This document shows positions 38,241 through 52,640 of a stretch of 64,000 nt of DNA, one piece after another. The stretch comes from Octopus bimaculoides (lineage: Eukaryota), in NCBI RefSeq assembly GCF_001194135.2, contig NC_068995.1, positions 54,593,622 to 54,657,621 of the forward strand, written 5' to 3'. Below the pieces are notes generated by a model. It saw nothing but the letters and a program-made list of their open reading frames with translations. It made no database searches and was not told the DNA's origin. The translations under genes and the position numbers were made by a program. The number at the start of each line of letters is the position of its first letter. Position 1 is the first letter of the stretch.

Positions 38241-39403
38241 AATCATATATTCTTTTGAGACATTCCTATTTCAATATTTCTCTATCATCTTCATTCTTTC
38301 TTATTTCAAATTCTTGTACTTTATACTTGGTTGTATATACTCATTTGGGTTGTTAAAAGCTAGAACCAAAACTAAAAGGTAATAGAAACTTAATAATTTA
38401 AAACCATCTTTTTTGTGTTATAAACGTATCTTATACAATAACATATCACTGAAATGCATGAAGTTTATTGAAATAATCAATTAATTTTACATAATCCAGT
38501 AACACAACCAACTTTACATTTGTTGTAATTTAATTACCGTCACCTGATTTATAAGATTATATTACAGTTTTCAATTTGATAACCATATCGCTAATCATTA
38601 TATAATTTTAATATTTTACAATTTCACGTAGATTATATCCACTTATGCTGAAAATGCTACGAAGTGCAAATTGTATGTTCCTCGATGATGAAATCGAGCG
38701 GAAAAAATCATATCCATTGTTACCGTGATTCATGCACCACTCTTTCATAATTTCTTTTTTTTTCCCTCATAAAAAAATCATTTTCGAAATATTTATATTG
38801 TTTTCTTCTAATCACGTCAAAGAAAATTTTGTTTATGATTTTTTTTTCAGTTCTATATTTCAGAACATGCTACTGACACATTTCCTCAACATATTTCACT
38901 GATTCCGCATTTTACAATTGTTACAAAAAATGAAAAGACGAGTATATGTTATGTATATGCTGTGCATCTATTTCCTAACAATTTGGCCAGAGTTCAGTGT
39001 TACATATAAAACCATTAACTGATCGGTTACAGTCAGTACACTTTAATTTTTATATGCCTTGGAAGATGTTAGCTGAACAAACCACAGCAGTACTTATATA
39101 ATAATATAAACATATATTATTATATAACTTAATGCACCCGAAGGACACAAAATATGCATTAATTTCTTTCCATATAGTAGCACGGAGAGCCTGTGTCTCT
39201 CTCGGGTTGGAAGTTTATTTCTAATCAATAAAATCTGAAAACTAAAAAGTAAAAAGATAAAAATAGAGAACCACACATTCGTTAATTCCATGGAGGAGGA
39301 ACACAGACTAAAAGTATCATCAGCACAATAGTAAGTAGATCAAGTATCATTAAAACTGTAACACACATGAAATATTAAATTTACATTTGTGCACAGATGA
39401 GTA

Positions 39404-39981
<578 letters not shown>

Positions 39982-42900
39982 ATACATAAATAGAGAAAGA
40001 GAGATGTACATAAGTTCATAAATGCCAATACATTCATACATACACACACACACATACATACATGTATGTATACATGTATACACATTTCGTTTCCATATTT
40101 ATGTTCGTGCCACGACCTATGCCGTTTATTTCCGTTCCTGTCCTCCACGTTTGCTCACTATTCCCCGTAGCATGTCGCCGCTGACGCCACACAATTGAAC
40201 AATAGTATCACCAAAGCCATGAAATTGTAATGACTTTTGGGGAGGATGACTGAAGAAGAAGAATGCGTACGTGCATGTCGTGTGTGTGAATTTGTCGTTC
40301 GTTCCTTTGTCGTACTTCTTATTTCTTTATTGAAACTTATTATTCAATGTAACGCCACTCACCCATCTGTTTGTCACTTTACAAATTAGAAATTTTCTCT
40401 GCGACGTCACTCCCTTTTCTCTTCCTCTCTCACAAACGTACCTCTCTCTTGTTTTCTGTCTCTCTGCACTCAACTAATTTTTTCTCTCTCCTACCACTGG
40501 TACGTGACCCATGACCATTCTTCTGTCGCAGTCTTACTGTTTCCCTTCGGCCATTGAATTATTCAGTCACGCTTTCGTGAAACTCTTGCTTCCTTCACTA
40601 CTTTCAACAGGTTTGTCTTTTCACCGTTCATTTTTTCTCATTTCCTTTATCTTTCCATCTATCCACTTTCCGTTTCCAGGACTTTAACACATTTTCGATT
40701 GCGTTACTTATACACACGTTTTATTCCATATTTATCTCAGAGCCGTAGTCCTTTATTTTGTTTATATATTGTATATTTTTCGTTTGTATATTCATATTTG
40801 TACAACTACATCTGTCGTTTGTGTTCGTTACTGTTCTCAAAATCCGCCCCAAATTCATAGCAGCCCCTTTTTATCCAGTACATGCCCGACCAGGATTTAT
40901 TTTTATCGCCGTTCAACATTAAAGTTTAAATTCCTCGAACAACAGAAAGAATACTTTTTGCCAAATTCAATGTGGTTTGGAGGATAGGGAAAATGAGGTT
41001 GTATATTTCTGGGTAGTAGTGCGTGATTTTAGATGCTATGCTGTCCATGCACCTATGGCAGACATTTACATTCTATTATCAGATATTTCATTGGAGGAAT
41101 GTGTTAGTGCGAAATGATATATTCAATCGGATGAATTTCTGACAAGGATAGACTTCTTACTAGCCTCTTGCAAAATTCAGCTAAGCTCGAGTAAAATATA
41201 TTCCGAGTAGAGATCAACAAACTGCATAATTGAACTGGAAGAGCGATAAAATAAGACGAAACCATTTATTGTATTCGTAGTACGGTGTCATTCACACAAT
41301 GTTTCGAGTAATTTTCTGCTTCCCAAGTGTAGTGAATCAGTGATTGTTCTACTTGGAATATATAAATAATGATGATATTCCCCACAAAATATGATTAAAT
41401 GATATATGAAATGTACAGGATTTTCAAATTACTGCAGAATTGTTAAAGAAATACATATACGAATAGCCGGAGACATTACAGATTTACTAAATATTAAGGA
41501 AGTATTTATCAAACCGAATAATAAATTGTACACAGCAATTCAGCAATAATACATATTGCCGATAGCTTTTTTTTTCTGGACGGTTTATTAGGATAAGTGC
41601 TCTGTACATTTTAGAACATAAAACAATTACTATCCGAAAATTTTAGGTTATTACAGTATTTTGAACTTATTAACTAACATGTCATCTATGTATATTCAAT
41701 GAGAAATATCAACAATGATTATGAAATTTATCGGAAATACTTAAATCCGAAAGATAATTGATATATAATATAGTGAAATATCATAATGCGATACAAATGA
41801 TCGTTATGAAAGTGTCGTTAAATATAACACTTTATAAAATATTCACATATTATGAAAGTAAATTACTTCCTTATTAGGACTGCGAACTGTATGATAATAT
41901 GTGCTTCGATGAACACAACGCCATTCCAGAAACAAAATCAGAATCAAAATTTCTCACAGGAAATATCTGACTGAAACATCGTATAGGCACTATTGTACAC
42001 ATTATGACTTCTGCAGAATCACACTGATCCTAACGTTTAACAGTAATAAATTCTCAATCAATGCATCAATTAAATGCCTGTAATTAATAATTGATATTTC
42101 TATAGTGATTTCTCTTTCAATACAGTACTAAATCCAAAGTTAAATTATTTATTTATATATCCCATTATTTCAAATATAGAAATTTTATTATCTACGAGAT
42201 TTATAACTCCTTTATAATCCTTCGTTTGGTGTTCGTTATAAGGCATCTCTTCTTTCCTAAATATAAATTTGGTTACTATTCCACAAGAAATCATTGTAAC
42301 TACTGTCATTATATAACACAAAGTAAATGCAATTCGGCAGATATATTCCACTGAATGTAATACAATTAACACTCTTCACATATAATTTTCTAAAAAAAAA
42401 AAGCCATATTTTTATGCAAGTTCTTTTTTACATAAAATCCATATAAACTTTAGCGATAGGGTGTTTATCGGTGTCATGAATAATGTCGAACAGTTGGAAA
42501 TTCATGTGTGAATGTTTAAATGAATATACCTCAACGAGCAATCGAAGCGTCATAACCGGTGCAAGCTAAATAAGAAAGTGTTATTGCTCTATGAACAATA
42601 ATCCTGATTATAGATATGTTTCTGTTGTGATACAGTTGCATGTGTAAACAATAATATACTGACTAACCTTATAATTTCATTATGCTGTTTTGCAAATACG
42701 AAAGAGACTAATTAAAAGCAGTGTTTTAGGCATTGCTGCATGAATTTGTTTCAGAGAGCTCTTATTTGTTCAATGTCATAATATTTAGATTGAATTCAGT
42801 CGGTAGTCAAAACAACTGCATTGATTTCTATGCTCTCCTCTTATAAAAGAACCTTACGAATTCTAATGATGGCGATGGTTGTCTGTCTGGTCCGAGAAAT

Positions 42901-45900
42901 ATGGCTCTGCAGTTCCTTGCTGAGCAACAACCAGAATCGATTTGTTTCACGATGTACCAAAGGTCGAGCGTCGAAGTGATTTCATAGGAACTTAAGATAA
43001 AGTGTTTTATTCACATTACACCGACGTTCAAGGTATTGAAATCACTAGGCCAAACGCCCCCACACAAATATATGTACTAATAATTAATTGCATATTATCA
43101 TAAAACATTCGTTTTGTATCCAGTATATCTTTTCGCCTATTTTGCAAACTGTTTAAATTATTCTACTGACAAATATGTAAGTTATTAGAAAATAAGTGAA
43201 ATTGATCAGCGACCACCTGCCTTTGCAAAATTGCGTGGAAAAAGATTGGATGTTCAACATTGCAACATATTTAATCGATTTATGCATTCAGGGCTGACAT
43301 AAATTAGTTAAACTTAAGTTTATCCAACAACAGCAGGAACATCCAGCTCCTAAACGCCATATCAGAAGAGAATTTAGTGATAATGGTTAGATAACGTTAC
43401 ATTTAATCTTACATAATCATAGATAATAAATAAACAAGCTTGTTCTTGCCTTTAAACCGAATACACACTGCCATAATGCTGCATGAATGAAGTGGTTTGT
43501 AATTGATATTCCAAAATATAGCACCGGAATGTGGGCAGATTTGCCGTCTGTGAGAGAATAACTGTAATCTCAATATAATTAAAATCAGAATTAATCTGTG
43601 AACGTAAAATTATTCGTACGAAATACGGACCTGGTCAGTAAGAGAGTCTATATTTAACAACATTCACATTGATTAACGAACTGCAAATCACCAAAAGTAT
43701 ATAAAATAATAAATAGATGTAGCAATCAATGTCTATATTTGATTTCATTAGATATAACTACCACGTATATTTCACCATTAATTGAAACAAGAAGATTTGT
43801 GTTCCTGCTGCGAATCGATATCTAATTTTCTAATCAGTTAAAATGTTAAGCAGATGCAATCTGCTTAAGCCAATCCGTAATGTAACTATGTATTGTATAG
43901 CCGTTATACTTTTTTATGCTAAAACACGAAGTTAATAGAAAATACTTCTAATTTAAAAGTGCTACGAATATTACTGAAATAACGACTATAATTATTTTCT
44001 CTATGATGTTTCACTGTAATCAGAGAAGAATAACTTTGAAATTATATGTCTTCGTTTCTGATGAAGCCATTTCGCTTTTCTGTAATCACTAGAATTTAAA
44101 TGTACAATTTTGCCCTAGCATTATCAGAAAAATTTTTGATCATCACTTTTTCTTTGCATTTTGTAGCAATCTTTAAATATATCAATACTAGGTGAATAAT
44201 AATTTTTACAAGATTCTGGTAACATAACGGCTATATGTATTTGTCTCTGGAACCTTGATTTCATGCCAAAAATATATATGTATGATCAATTCTGTTTATT
44301 ATATTGTCCATAAAGGTAGGTAGTTATCTGACTGGACGATATGAATAACTACATAGTGAAGGTATGTAATTACATAATCATATCATTTCTTCTGGATTCA
44401 TACAGCGATATGATTTGTGTGAATATTTTCATAAAAACACATGGAATAAAATGACAGGATCAAATTAACTTCTAAAATTGTTCGTTATGATTTTGTCTTT
44501 TAATAACTTCTGATAAAACTTCGTTTATTTATGTTACTTGCAAGATTCTTTATATGAATTCGCATGTAGTTACAAGATTTTCTGCGACTTGGGTGAGTCA
44601 CTGCGCCAATATTAAAAACACTCGCACTGGTTCACTACCGCTTTATTATTAGGCAATTGGATAACTATATATCAAACTGATTAACTGATCGTTTGTTTAA
44701 CTTATTGGTTAAACAGTCAATTGTCTTCCTTTGACTTTTGCTTAGATATGTAGAAGGCTGCGAATGGCGACGAAATATATTTGAGGAACAAAAACCAAAA
44801 CAAAACAAAAAAAGATAATTTTTTATTAACGATTTTAAGAAACGATCAATTAGTTAGGTGGATAGATATTTATCGAAGAGACTAATAATAAATGAGTGGA
44901 ATGGAAGCAGTGTACGTGTTATAAAATTTGCCAAAACAACAAAATTCTATTGATATCTTTTTCTTCATAAAATTCTCTCTCCGTCTCTGTCTTTTTCTTT
45001 CTCTATAATTTTATATTTTACAGAAGGGGAAAAAAACTTTTTAGATAAAACATACATTAAAATATTTTCCAGTGCAAGATATGCACTTTTATACTGACAG
45101 TGGATCAGACAGTGTCATATAGCTTAACTATTGAATAGCATTAATGCCATAAAATTTATTACCCGAGCACTCTTCAAATTCAACAGTATATAAGAAGTAA
45201 ATTAAAAAAAAAACAAAAGCAAACATTTGTCAAATCTGTATGCGCTATTATTAACACGGTACACAACTATTTTAGTGGTGTTTACATCTTTGAAGTGACG
45301 TATAATTTACTTATTTATATAACCGGCTCGAATTATTCTCAGACTAAAACATTCTCATTCATAGACGAGACTATCGCAGTAATAAAATAGCAGTCAAATA
45401 CTAAACAACACACTTAAATGCTGTAATAGATTTTGGAAAACCCAATATTCGTAGAAATAATATGTTCTTGTAAAGTAAGCTATTGAAGACAGGGAATATA
45501 ACATCTTCTAAAATATGACCTATAGCCATTCCATGATTGTTATTGATAATTCTTAAAAATGATAGAGTTAGATCTAGCATCATTTACATAAATATAAAAG
45601 AAAAAAAGATTTCTAGACACTAAATGAAACATTGCACCGAAGATAAGATGGAAAATTTTATTCCGACCACTACTATTACATACAAACAGACAGCAAACCG
45701 CATTGCTGCTTAGGTTTAGTCGTACATAGTATCGCAATGGGAGTGGAAAATGTAGACCCTGATTCTTAAGAAACAGAAACATTTGAAAGGAAAATCACTG
45801 AAGATCTGGGTGCTTTCCTGGATTCGAAAAGCGATATTTTCTGGTATTTCTTCTACTTTAAATTCGCTTTGGTGTCATTTCAATTTATGAACTAGATAAT

Positions 45901-47318
45901 ATTATACACAACCTACACGTTTCACGCATGGCTGAATATCTCTTACTTTCTTCTTTCATCCAAGCACTTGGCACTAATTCGTCAACTCCGCAAAAAGTAA
46001 CACAATTCTCAAAATATTGTTTCATATTTTTTTGCTATTACCATATGAAACAATTTTTCACATACCTCTAGCATTTAAAAGGTTTAACGCTTCCAGCCAG
46101 AGTTGTCATTGTCTTGTGGGAATATTCGACAGGAACCCGACAGTAATATTCATTGATTTTTTTTTTTGTATCTCGTTATAAAAACATTCCCCACTCTCTT
46201 ATCTATATTAAGTTTACACGTATTCTTGTCTTATGGATAATGAACTAGTTGTTGATGTATTTATATGAAATGAATTATACATATCTAAGCCAAAATCAAA
46301 GATGCCAGTCCCGTCGATAACAAAGAGGTAGTATGCGAGTTGTCATTCTAACTGTTAAAAGTAAGAGTAAAGTATGAATTAGAAAGATGACATATCCAAC
46401 CAGGGCTGGAATGGTATGTTTGGCTCATCAGATTCTTCTGTGAATAAAGGAAAAATTAAATATCCAGAGGCGATTTTAGCTTACGCTAAAACTCCAAAAT
46501 TTATTTATTCGCCTATTTCAGACGCATAATAAGTAGTAGTAGCAGCAGCAGCAGTAAAGTGTGATCTATATAGCCGTTAAAAACTTTCCTTTCAGAAAAT
46601 TCTCGTGTTACTAGTCTGTATCACAGACAAGAAGTTCTTTTCTCTAATAGAGAATAATCCATTTCATTCTGTTTCTATCACATTTCTTACTCTTTGTGAG
46701 CAAGGCAAGATTATATTCTCAAATCAATTACAGTCTCACAAAAGTGTGCATTTCCCGTGACGTTATCAATACGACGGCTCTCAGCCATCTAATGGCGGCT
46801 TTCAGGTCACAGTTACCAATATCTTCACTAATATTCAATAGTCTTTTGTCTGTTATTTCAATTCTTTCTTCGATCATTATTAATATCGATAAAAATTAAT
46901 ATTGGTAATAATATTAATATTAATATCGATAATTAAAATGCGTTTCATATTTAAGATGAAAATATATGTTTTTTTTATAGATATTTGAATTTTTCCTTTC
47001 CAATTTACGGAGAATGTTTTAGTATTTAATATTCTTTTTCATTAATTTTGTTTTTCTCCGATATATTTTTAATTTAGTCCAACATTATTTCGGCTTAATG
47101 TCTCCCTCAAATAGAATACTTTTATGACCAATATTCATTACATTTACGCTTCGTTCGTATTTAATACCTAAATTATATTTTTTTGTTTTTTATTGCCGAG
47201 TAGATATACGCGATCGGGCGTAGTTGTGGGAGCGCGTATGTGAATTCACTTATGTGTATATGTGTGAGGGAGTGTATCTCAATATGTGTGTTTTGTATAT
47301 ACATATATACACAAAAGC

Positions 47319-47362
<44 letters not shown>

Positions 47363-48197
47363 NNNNNNNNNNNNNNNNNNNNNNNNNNNNNNNNNNNNNN
47401 NNNNNNNNNNNNNNNNNNNNNNNNNNNNNNNNNNNNNNNNNNNNNNNNNNNNNNNNNNNNNNNNNNNNNNNNNNNNNNNNNNNNNNNNNNNNNNNNNNNN
47501 NNNNNNNNNNNNNNNNNNNNNNNNNNNNNNNNNNNNNNNNNNNNNNNNNNNNNNNNNNNNNNNNNNNNNNNNNNNNNNNNNNNNNNNNNNNNNNNNNNNN
47601 NNNNNNNNNNNNNNNNNNNNNNNNNNNNNNNNNNNNNNNNNNNNNNNNNNNNNNNNNNNNNNNNNNNNNNNNNNNNNNNNNNNNNNNNNNNNNNNNNNNN
47701 NNNNNNNNNNNNNNNNNNNNNNNNNNNNNNNNNNNNNNNNNNNNNNNNNNNNNNNNNNNNNNNNNNNNNNNNNNNNNNNNNNNNNNNNNNNNNNNNNNNN
47801 NNNNNNNNNNNNNNNNNNNNNNNNNNNNNNNNNNNNNNNNNNNNNNNNNNNNNNNNNNNNNNNNNNNNNNNNNNNNNNNNNNNNNNNNNNNNNNNNNNNN
47901 NNNNNNNNNNNNNNNNNNNNNNNNNNNNNNNNNNNNNNNNNNNNNNNNNNNNNNNNNNNNNNNNNNNNNNNNNNNNNNNNNNNNNNNNNNNNNNNNNNNN
48001 NNNNNNNNNNNNNNNNNNNNNNNNNNNNNNNNNNNNNNNNNNNNNNNNNNNNNNNNNNNNNNNNNNNNNNNNNNNNNNNNNNNNNNNNNNNNNNNNNNNN
48101 NNNNNNNNNNNNNNNNNNNNNNNNNNNNNNNNNNNNNNNNNNNNNNNNNNNNNNNNNNNNNNNNNNNNTATATATATATATATATATTTATATGATG

Positions 48198-48345
48198 TAG
48201 TTGAAATCCATAGAAAAAGAAAAGACGAAGACAGGCGTAGGAAGAACAAGTGTATTGGAATGAAGCTTGAGAAAATGATAGATATTTTAAGTTTCGAGCC
48301 TACGCTTTTTAACAGCAAGGAATAACGGAAAATAAACAGAGAGAG
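48198..48345 (-). mobile_element. Solo 3' terminal repeat of the same PLE family as 31608-31760, with hammerhead-like motif
   Basis: tagttgaaatccatagaaaaagaaaagacgaagacaggcgtag...tttcgagcctacgctttttaacagcaagg...aataaacag aligns with 31608-31752. Confidence 0.75.
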
Positions 48346-49540
48346 AATGAAAAAAAAACTTGATGATTTCACTGTATACATATGAACATTGACTATATTT
48401 TAAACTTTAAACATTCAAAGTTTGATTATGAAGGTTTGTGTTTCATGGATGATGCTTAGTAATCTATATGTAATTAAAACATCCCCTGTTTTCAACACGT
48501 CAAAAATGTAAGTTTTCTCTTAAAATATATATTAGATATTTGTTTACATATACGAACATTGAGAACAAGCGTTTGTGTTGGTTTATTACGTCTTCAGTTC
48601 TATCACTATTATGTCTATTCCCACGTATATCTGCAAGTAAATCCATCACTTAAACATAACAGGCTCAAAGACAAGCCAAATATGTATGTTATCGATTATG
48701 TTTGCATTTATGCAAGAATATGTATTCAGACGCATAAAAGAGAGTTGTAAGATGCTGAAATAATTTGTTTCAATGGTAAATGAAATTAATTGTCATTTGA
48801 AAAGACAACAAGCTGATTAAGTTTCAGAGGGCAGTTCCTTCATTTGTGACACAGACATTCGAGTCTTGTCCTCGAGAAGAATTTGACGTTTTTGATCGAA
48901 CTATGTTCGTGATTTTCTTCAACAGTCAAGCAATAATGGTTTTTGGAGGTCTTGAAATTCAAACATCAGTATTGACGATATGTTGTCGTTACTGTTTTGT
49001 TTTTTCCGCTCCATATAATATCTACATAAAACGGAATAGGGTGGCGTTTACGGTGTATCTTTCGTGTAATACAGCAGCAGGGATAGCTTCGTAATGGCGA
49101 TGTGATTTTAACATCTATTTTCATTCAGTTCATTTGTCCCATATTGACGAAATGTTTTACTATAGAATGGGATGGCAATGTCAATCAAGCGTCAAATGCT
49201 CAGCGATTATTTGTTTCTGCTTCGATACGAAATTAGGAGCTGTCAGCTGCAGGGCGTCTCTTCTCTAATCTCAGGGAGCAAATGTGGAAATGTACGCTTG
49301 CTGATGACCCTGAGCTAAATACTAAGCTCTCTGTGCTTCGCATTCCATTTTGCATCATACAATACATTCGCTGTTGATATTTTTTTCCGTATTTCATTTC
49401 ACAATCTAACATAGAGACGAGCACACATTGGAAGTAAGTGGCGTCAGTATAAATAAACAGACTACACGATTGTTCATGATACGCTATGGGAAGGCAGCAT
49501 TGAAATACAGGCGCGCGCGCATATTAACACACACGTACAG

Positions 49541-49628
<88 letters not shown>

Positions 49629-50235
49629 CACATGCGTATTATATTTTATATACACAAACATATATTTATACAGTATAAATACACACGCAACAACACGGAT
49701 AAAAAATCACATATACTAATAAATGAAAGTACAAAACAGAAAGTAGTGCCGAGTACGCTATCTTTTAATGGGTTGAATAGTCTCTGTATATGCGCATTTA
49801 TTTTGCTGCGATTGCACATCGTATTTGAAAATTACATTGACCAAACTTATGACAAACGTTAAATCATTTCTGAAATTTTGCCACGAACTCTCTATATTTA
49901 ATATTAATAATACTCTGCCAGACAAGTTACAGAAAATGTAACAGAATATATTTCGTGGCATTTACATTTTTCTTTATGAGAAAAATTACTCGTACGTTAT
50001 ATTAACGCAGGAATTTGTGTTGTCATAGTAACCTAACAGAACTAGTACGCATAATAATGCATATATATGCATATGTGTGCGTAACTATGTACGTGTGCTC
50101 TTTTATCATTGTAGCATGCATTTACTGAATATGTATGAGTGTGTTTGCATGTGAGTGTGTGTGTATGTGTGTGATTGACAAAATGCCTGTTTGTGTCCGT
50201 GGTTTTGTTTCTGTGTTTCTCCTTCGTCGCTGCTT

Positions 50236-50273
<38 letters not shown>

Positions 50274-51621
50274 NNNNNNNNNNTATATATATATATATAT
50301 AAGTGATTTTTAAAGGGCAAATTATCCGGGAGGGTACCGTATTAGTTCTTTATTAACTTCCAGTTAAGGACTACCCCCAATGACCAGTATCCAATGCCTG
50401 CGACTACAATTAGTTGTTAGTCGCTCCGTCAATTTTTCCGAATGTTTATTCCGTGTACTCTTTTCGCGGAATGGTAAAGATTGTTTGAAGCATTTTTTTT
50501 TTAATATTATTAATAATAATAAAGTGTATGTTGACTTGTACATCTACAAAATTTATTTTATAAATATACACCATATTATTATGACCAGCACATATTTTTG
50601 CTGCAGTGACTGCTCATTGTTGCAAAAGCATTCTTGCAATATTATCGCTGTAGATTCACTTCGAGGATGATCAAATGGAGGAAACCTGGTGAAGTTTCAC
50701 CGACAATATTGCAAGGTTGTATTTGCAACAGTGAGTAGTCGCTGCAGTGGAAACACGTGTAGGTCATTATAATATGCTATAAATAAATTTTGTGGATGTA
50801 CAAATCTCCATAATCTTTATTATTATTAAGGTATATATATATATATATATATGTATTACATGCAATATGCATAACACTCACACACGCCAGCATGCTCACA
50901 TTTGTGTTGCATAGTGTTTGTATGTGCAGGTGCATGTAAGTAGTATAAGCGCGGTTATGAGTGACAAATGACAAAGTAGAACCATCAAATAATATACAAT
51001 TCTCATATCTAGCAACTCCTCTCTGATTCTAATATCTAGTGGTTCTCTTGACACATTGTAGACTTTATGTTTCCCTCATAATTAAAAATTGTCTTCTAAT
51101 TAATATCGTAATATAATTTTGTAAAGTATATTCTGCATATAATAACAAATTCATTGTGGATGAATCGATTTATCTTTGTTTTTGCTATTTTACGTGTCTC
51201 ATTGTAAACAACATTGTAAATAATTAATATAACAGACTTAGTCAGTTAGAAATGTCTTATATTACGTTAGAGTTTGTTAATTTAGTATCATCTGTTTATC
51301 TCTAATATACATCATTCACACCGTAATAAACAGGACTGCGCCTGTTCGCTATATCCGCCACAATTTATTTCCGGTGGTTTTGCAATTTTTACAGCTCAGA
51401 AAATATTTGTGCTTTCGTGTGCAACTTCTGTGTAGACGACATGAGCAACGTCTGCCGTAAATTGCCTGATGTACATTGTGTTATATAATTTTAGTCGTAA
51501 ACAATATCTAAAAACGGTTTACTTTACAGTAGACAGAATTATTCATAATACTGTCTGTGAAAAAGATTATCAAATACAGATCGTGAAATCGATTGTAATT
51601 GAATATTTAGCAGTGTTTTAA

Positions 51622-51668
<47 letters not shown>

Positions 51669-51728
51669 NNNNNNNNNNNNNNNNNNNNNNNNNNNNNNNN
51701 NNNNNNNNNNNNNNNNATATATATATGC

Positions 51729-51807
<79 letters not shown>

Positions 51808-52097
51808 GATAGATGTGATAGATGTATATGCTGGTGTGCATTTTTGCGTGTACATGCGTACTGTGAAACTGTGAAAGAGAGAGATTCGCACTAATAATTC
51901 AGAACAGCAGAATGACTTCCGTATCCCGGCGTTTCGATACTACCTTACATTTACGTATTTACGTCTAGTTATCTTCCATTTCATTATTTTATAAAATAAA
52001 AAGGCTTAAACTCGGGATTCTGGCTGTATGTTCAGAATTCTGTTTGAGTTGTCTAACGTCCATGCTTGCATACAAATGTATAAATGCTCTAATATGA

Positions 52098-52215
52098 ACA
52101 CCGGAAGGATGAACGGCAAAGTCGACCTCGGCGGAATTTGAATTAAGAAATTAATAAGGACGAAATTCGTCTCAGTAAATTTCCCGCCGTGCTAACGATT
52201 CTACCAACTCACCAC
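52098..52215 (-). mobile_element. SINE family C, head plus central domain
   Basis: ggatgaacggcaaagtcgacctcggcggaatttgaa...cgtgctaacgattctaccaactc. The minus strand has a tRNA-like head with B-box-like TTCAAATTCC. Confidence 0.75.
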
Positions 52216-52321
52216 TTTAGTAGTAGTAAATTTTGAATTATAACAGTTTTGTCTCACACATTATAAACAGTAGAACATAAACCCGTAAAACATGCAATCA
52301 AATATTGATATCGCAATTAAT

Positions 52322-52640
52322 AACAAGGGCACTCAGAGAGCGCGAACCTCCGCCAAGGCAATGCCAACGTCCTCTCAACAGTTAGCCAGAGATGATTTTT
52401 AAAATGAGAATACCTGAAATAAACTAGAGTTCTCTTACAAGCAAGAATACTAAAAGTGAATCCGACCGTTGTCAAACATTAAGTAAAAAAAAAATACGGA
52501 TAAATAATCCAGAGTCTTTGTCCGGTACTGGATCGATCTCCAAAAATAATCAGTTCGTGCCAGTCACGAGGACAAATATCCTTGGATGTTTCATCCGAAT
52601 CTATCCAGCGGTTCTTGGGATATGTCTAAGAAGCCCGCAC
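52322..52640 (+). mobile_element. Possible Helentron/DINE-type non-autonomous element fragment
   Basis: Begins aacaagggcactcagagagcgcgaacctccgccaagg, resembling molluscan Helentron-associated element 5' ends with the subterminal motif CCTCCGCCAAGG (52347-52358). The partner inverted motif was not found. Recognition from memory only. Confidence 0.4.

Noticed and set aside
44059-44085. ctgatgaagcc motif
   Set aside because: No downstream GAAA or stem II partner.
49237-49377. 46-codon open frame after aattag (ELSAAGRLFSNLREQMWK...)
   Set aside because: Weak acceptor, no recognisable homology, and a length expected by chance in GC-richer patches.
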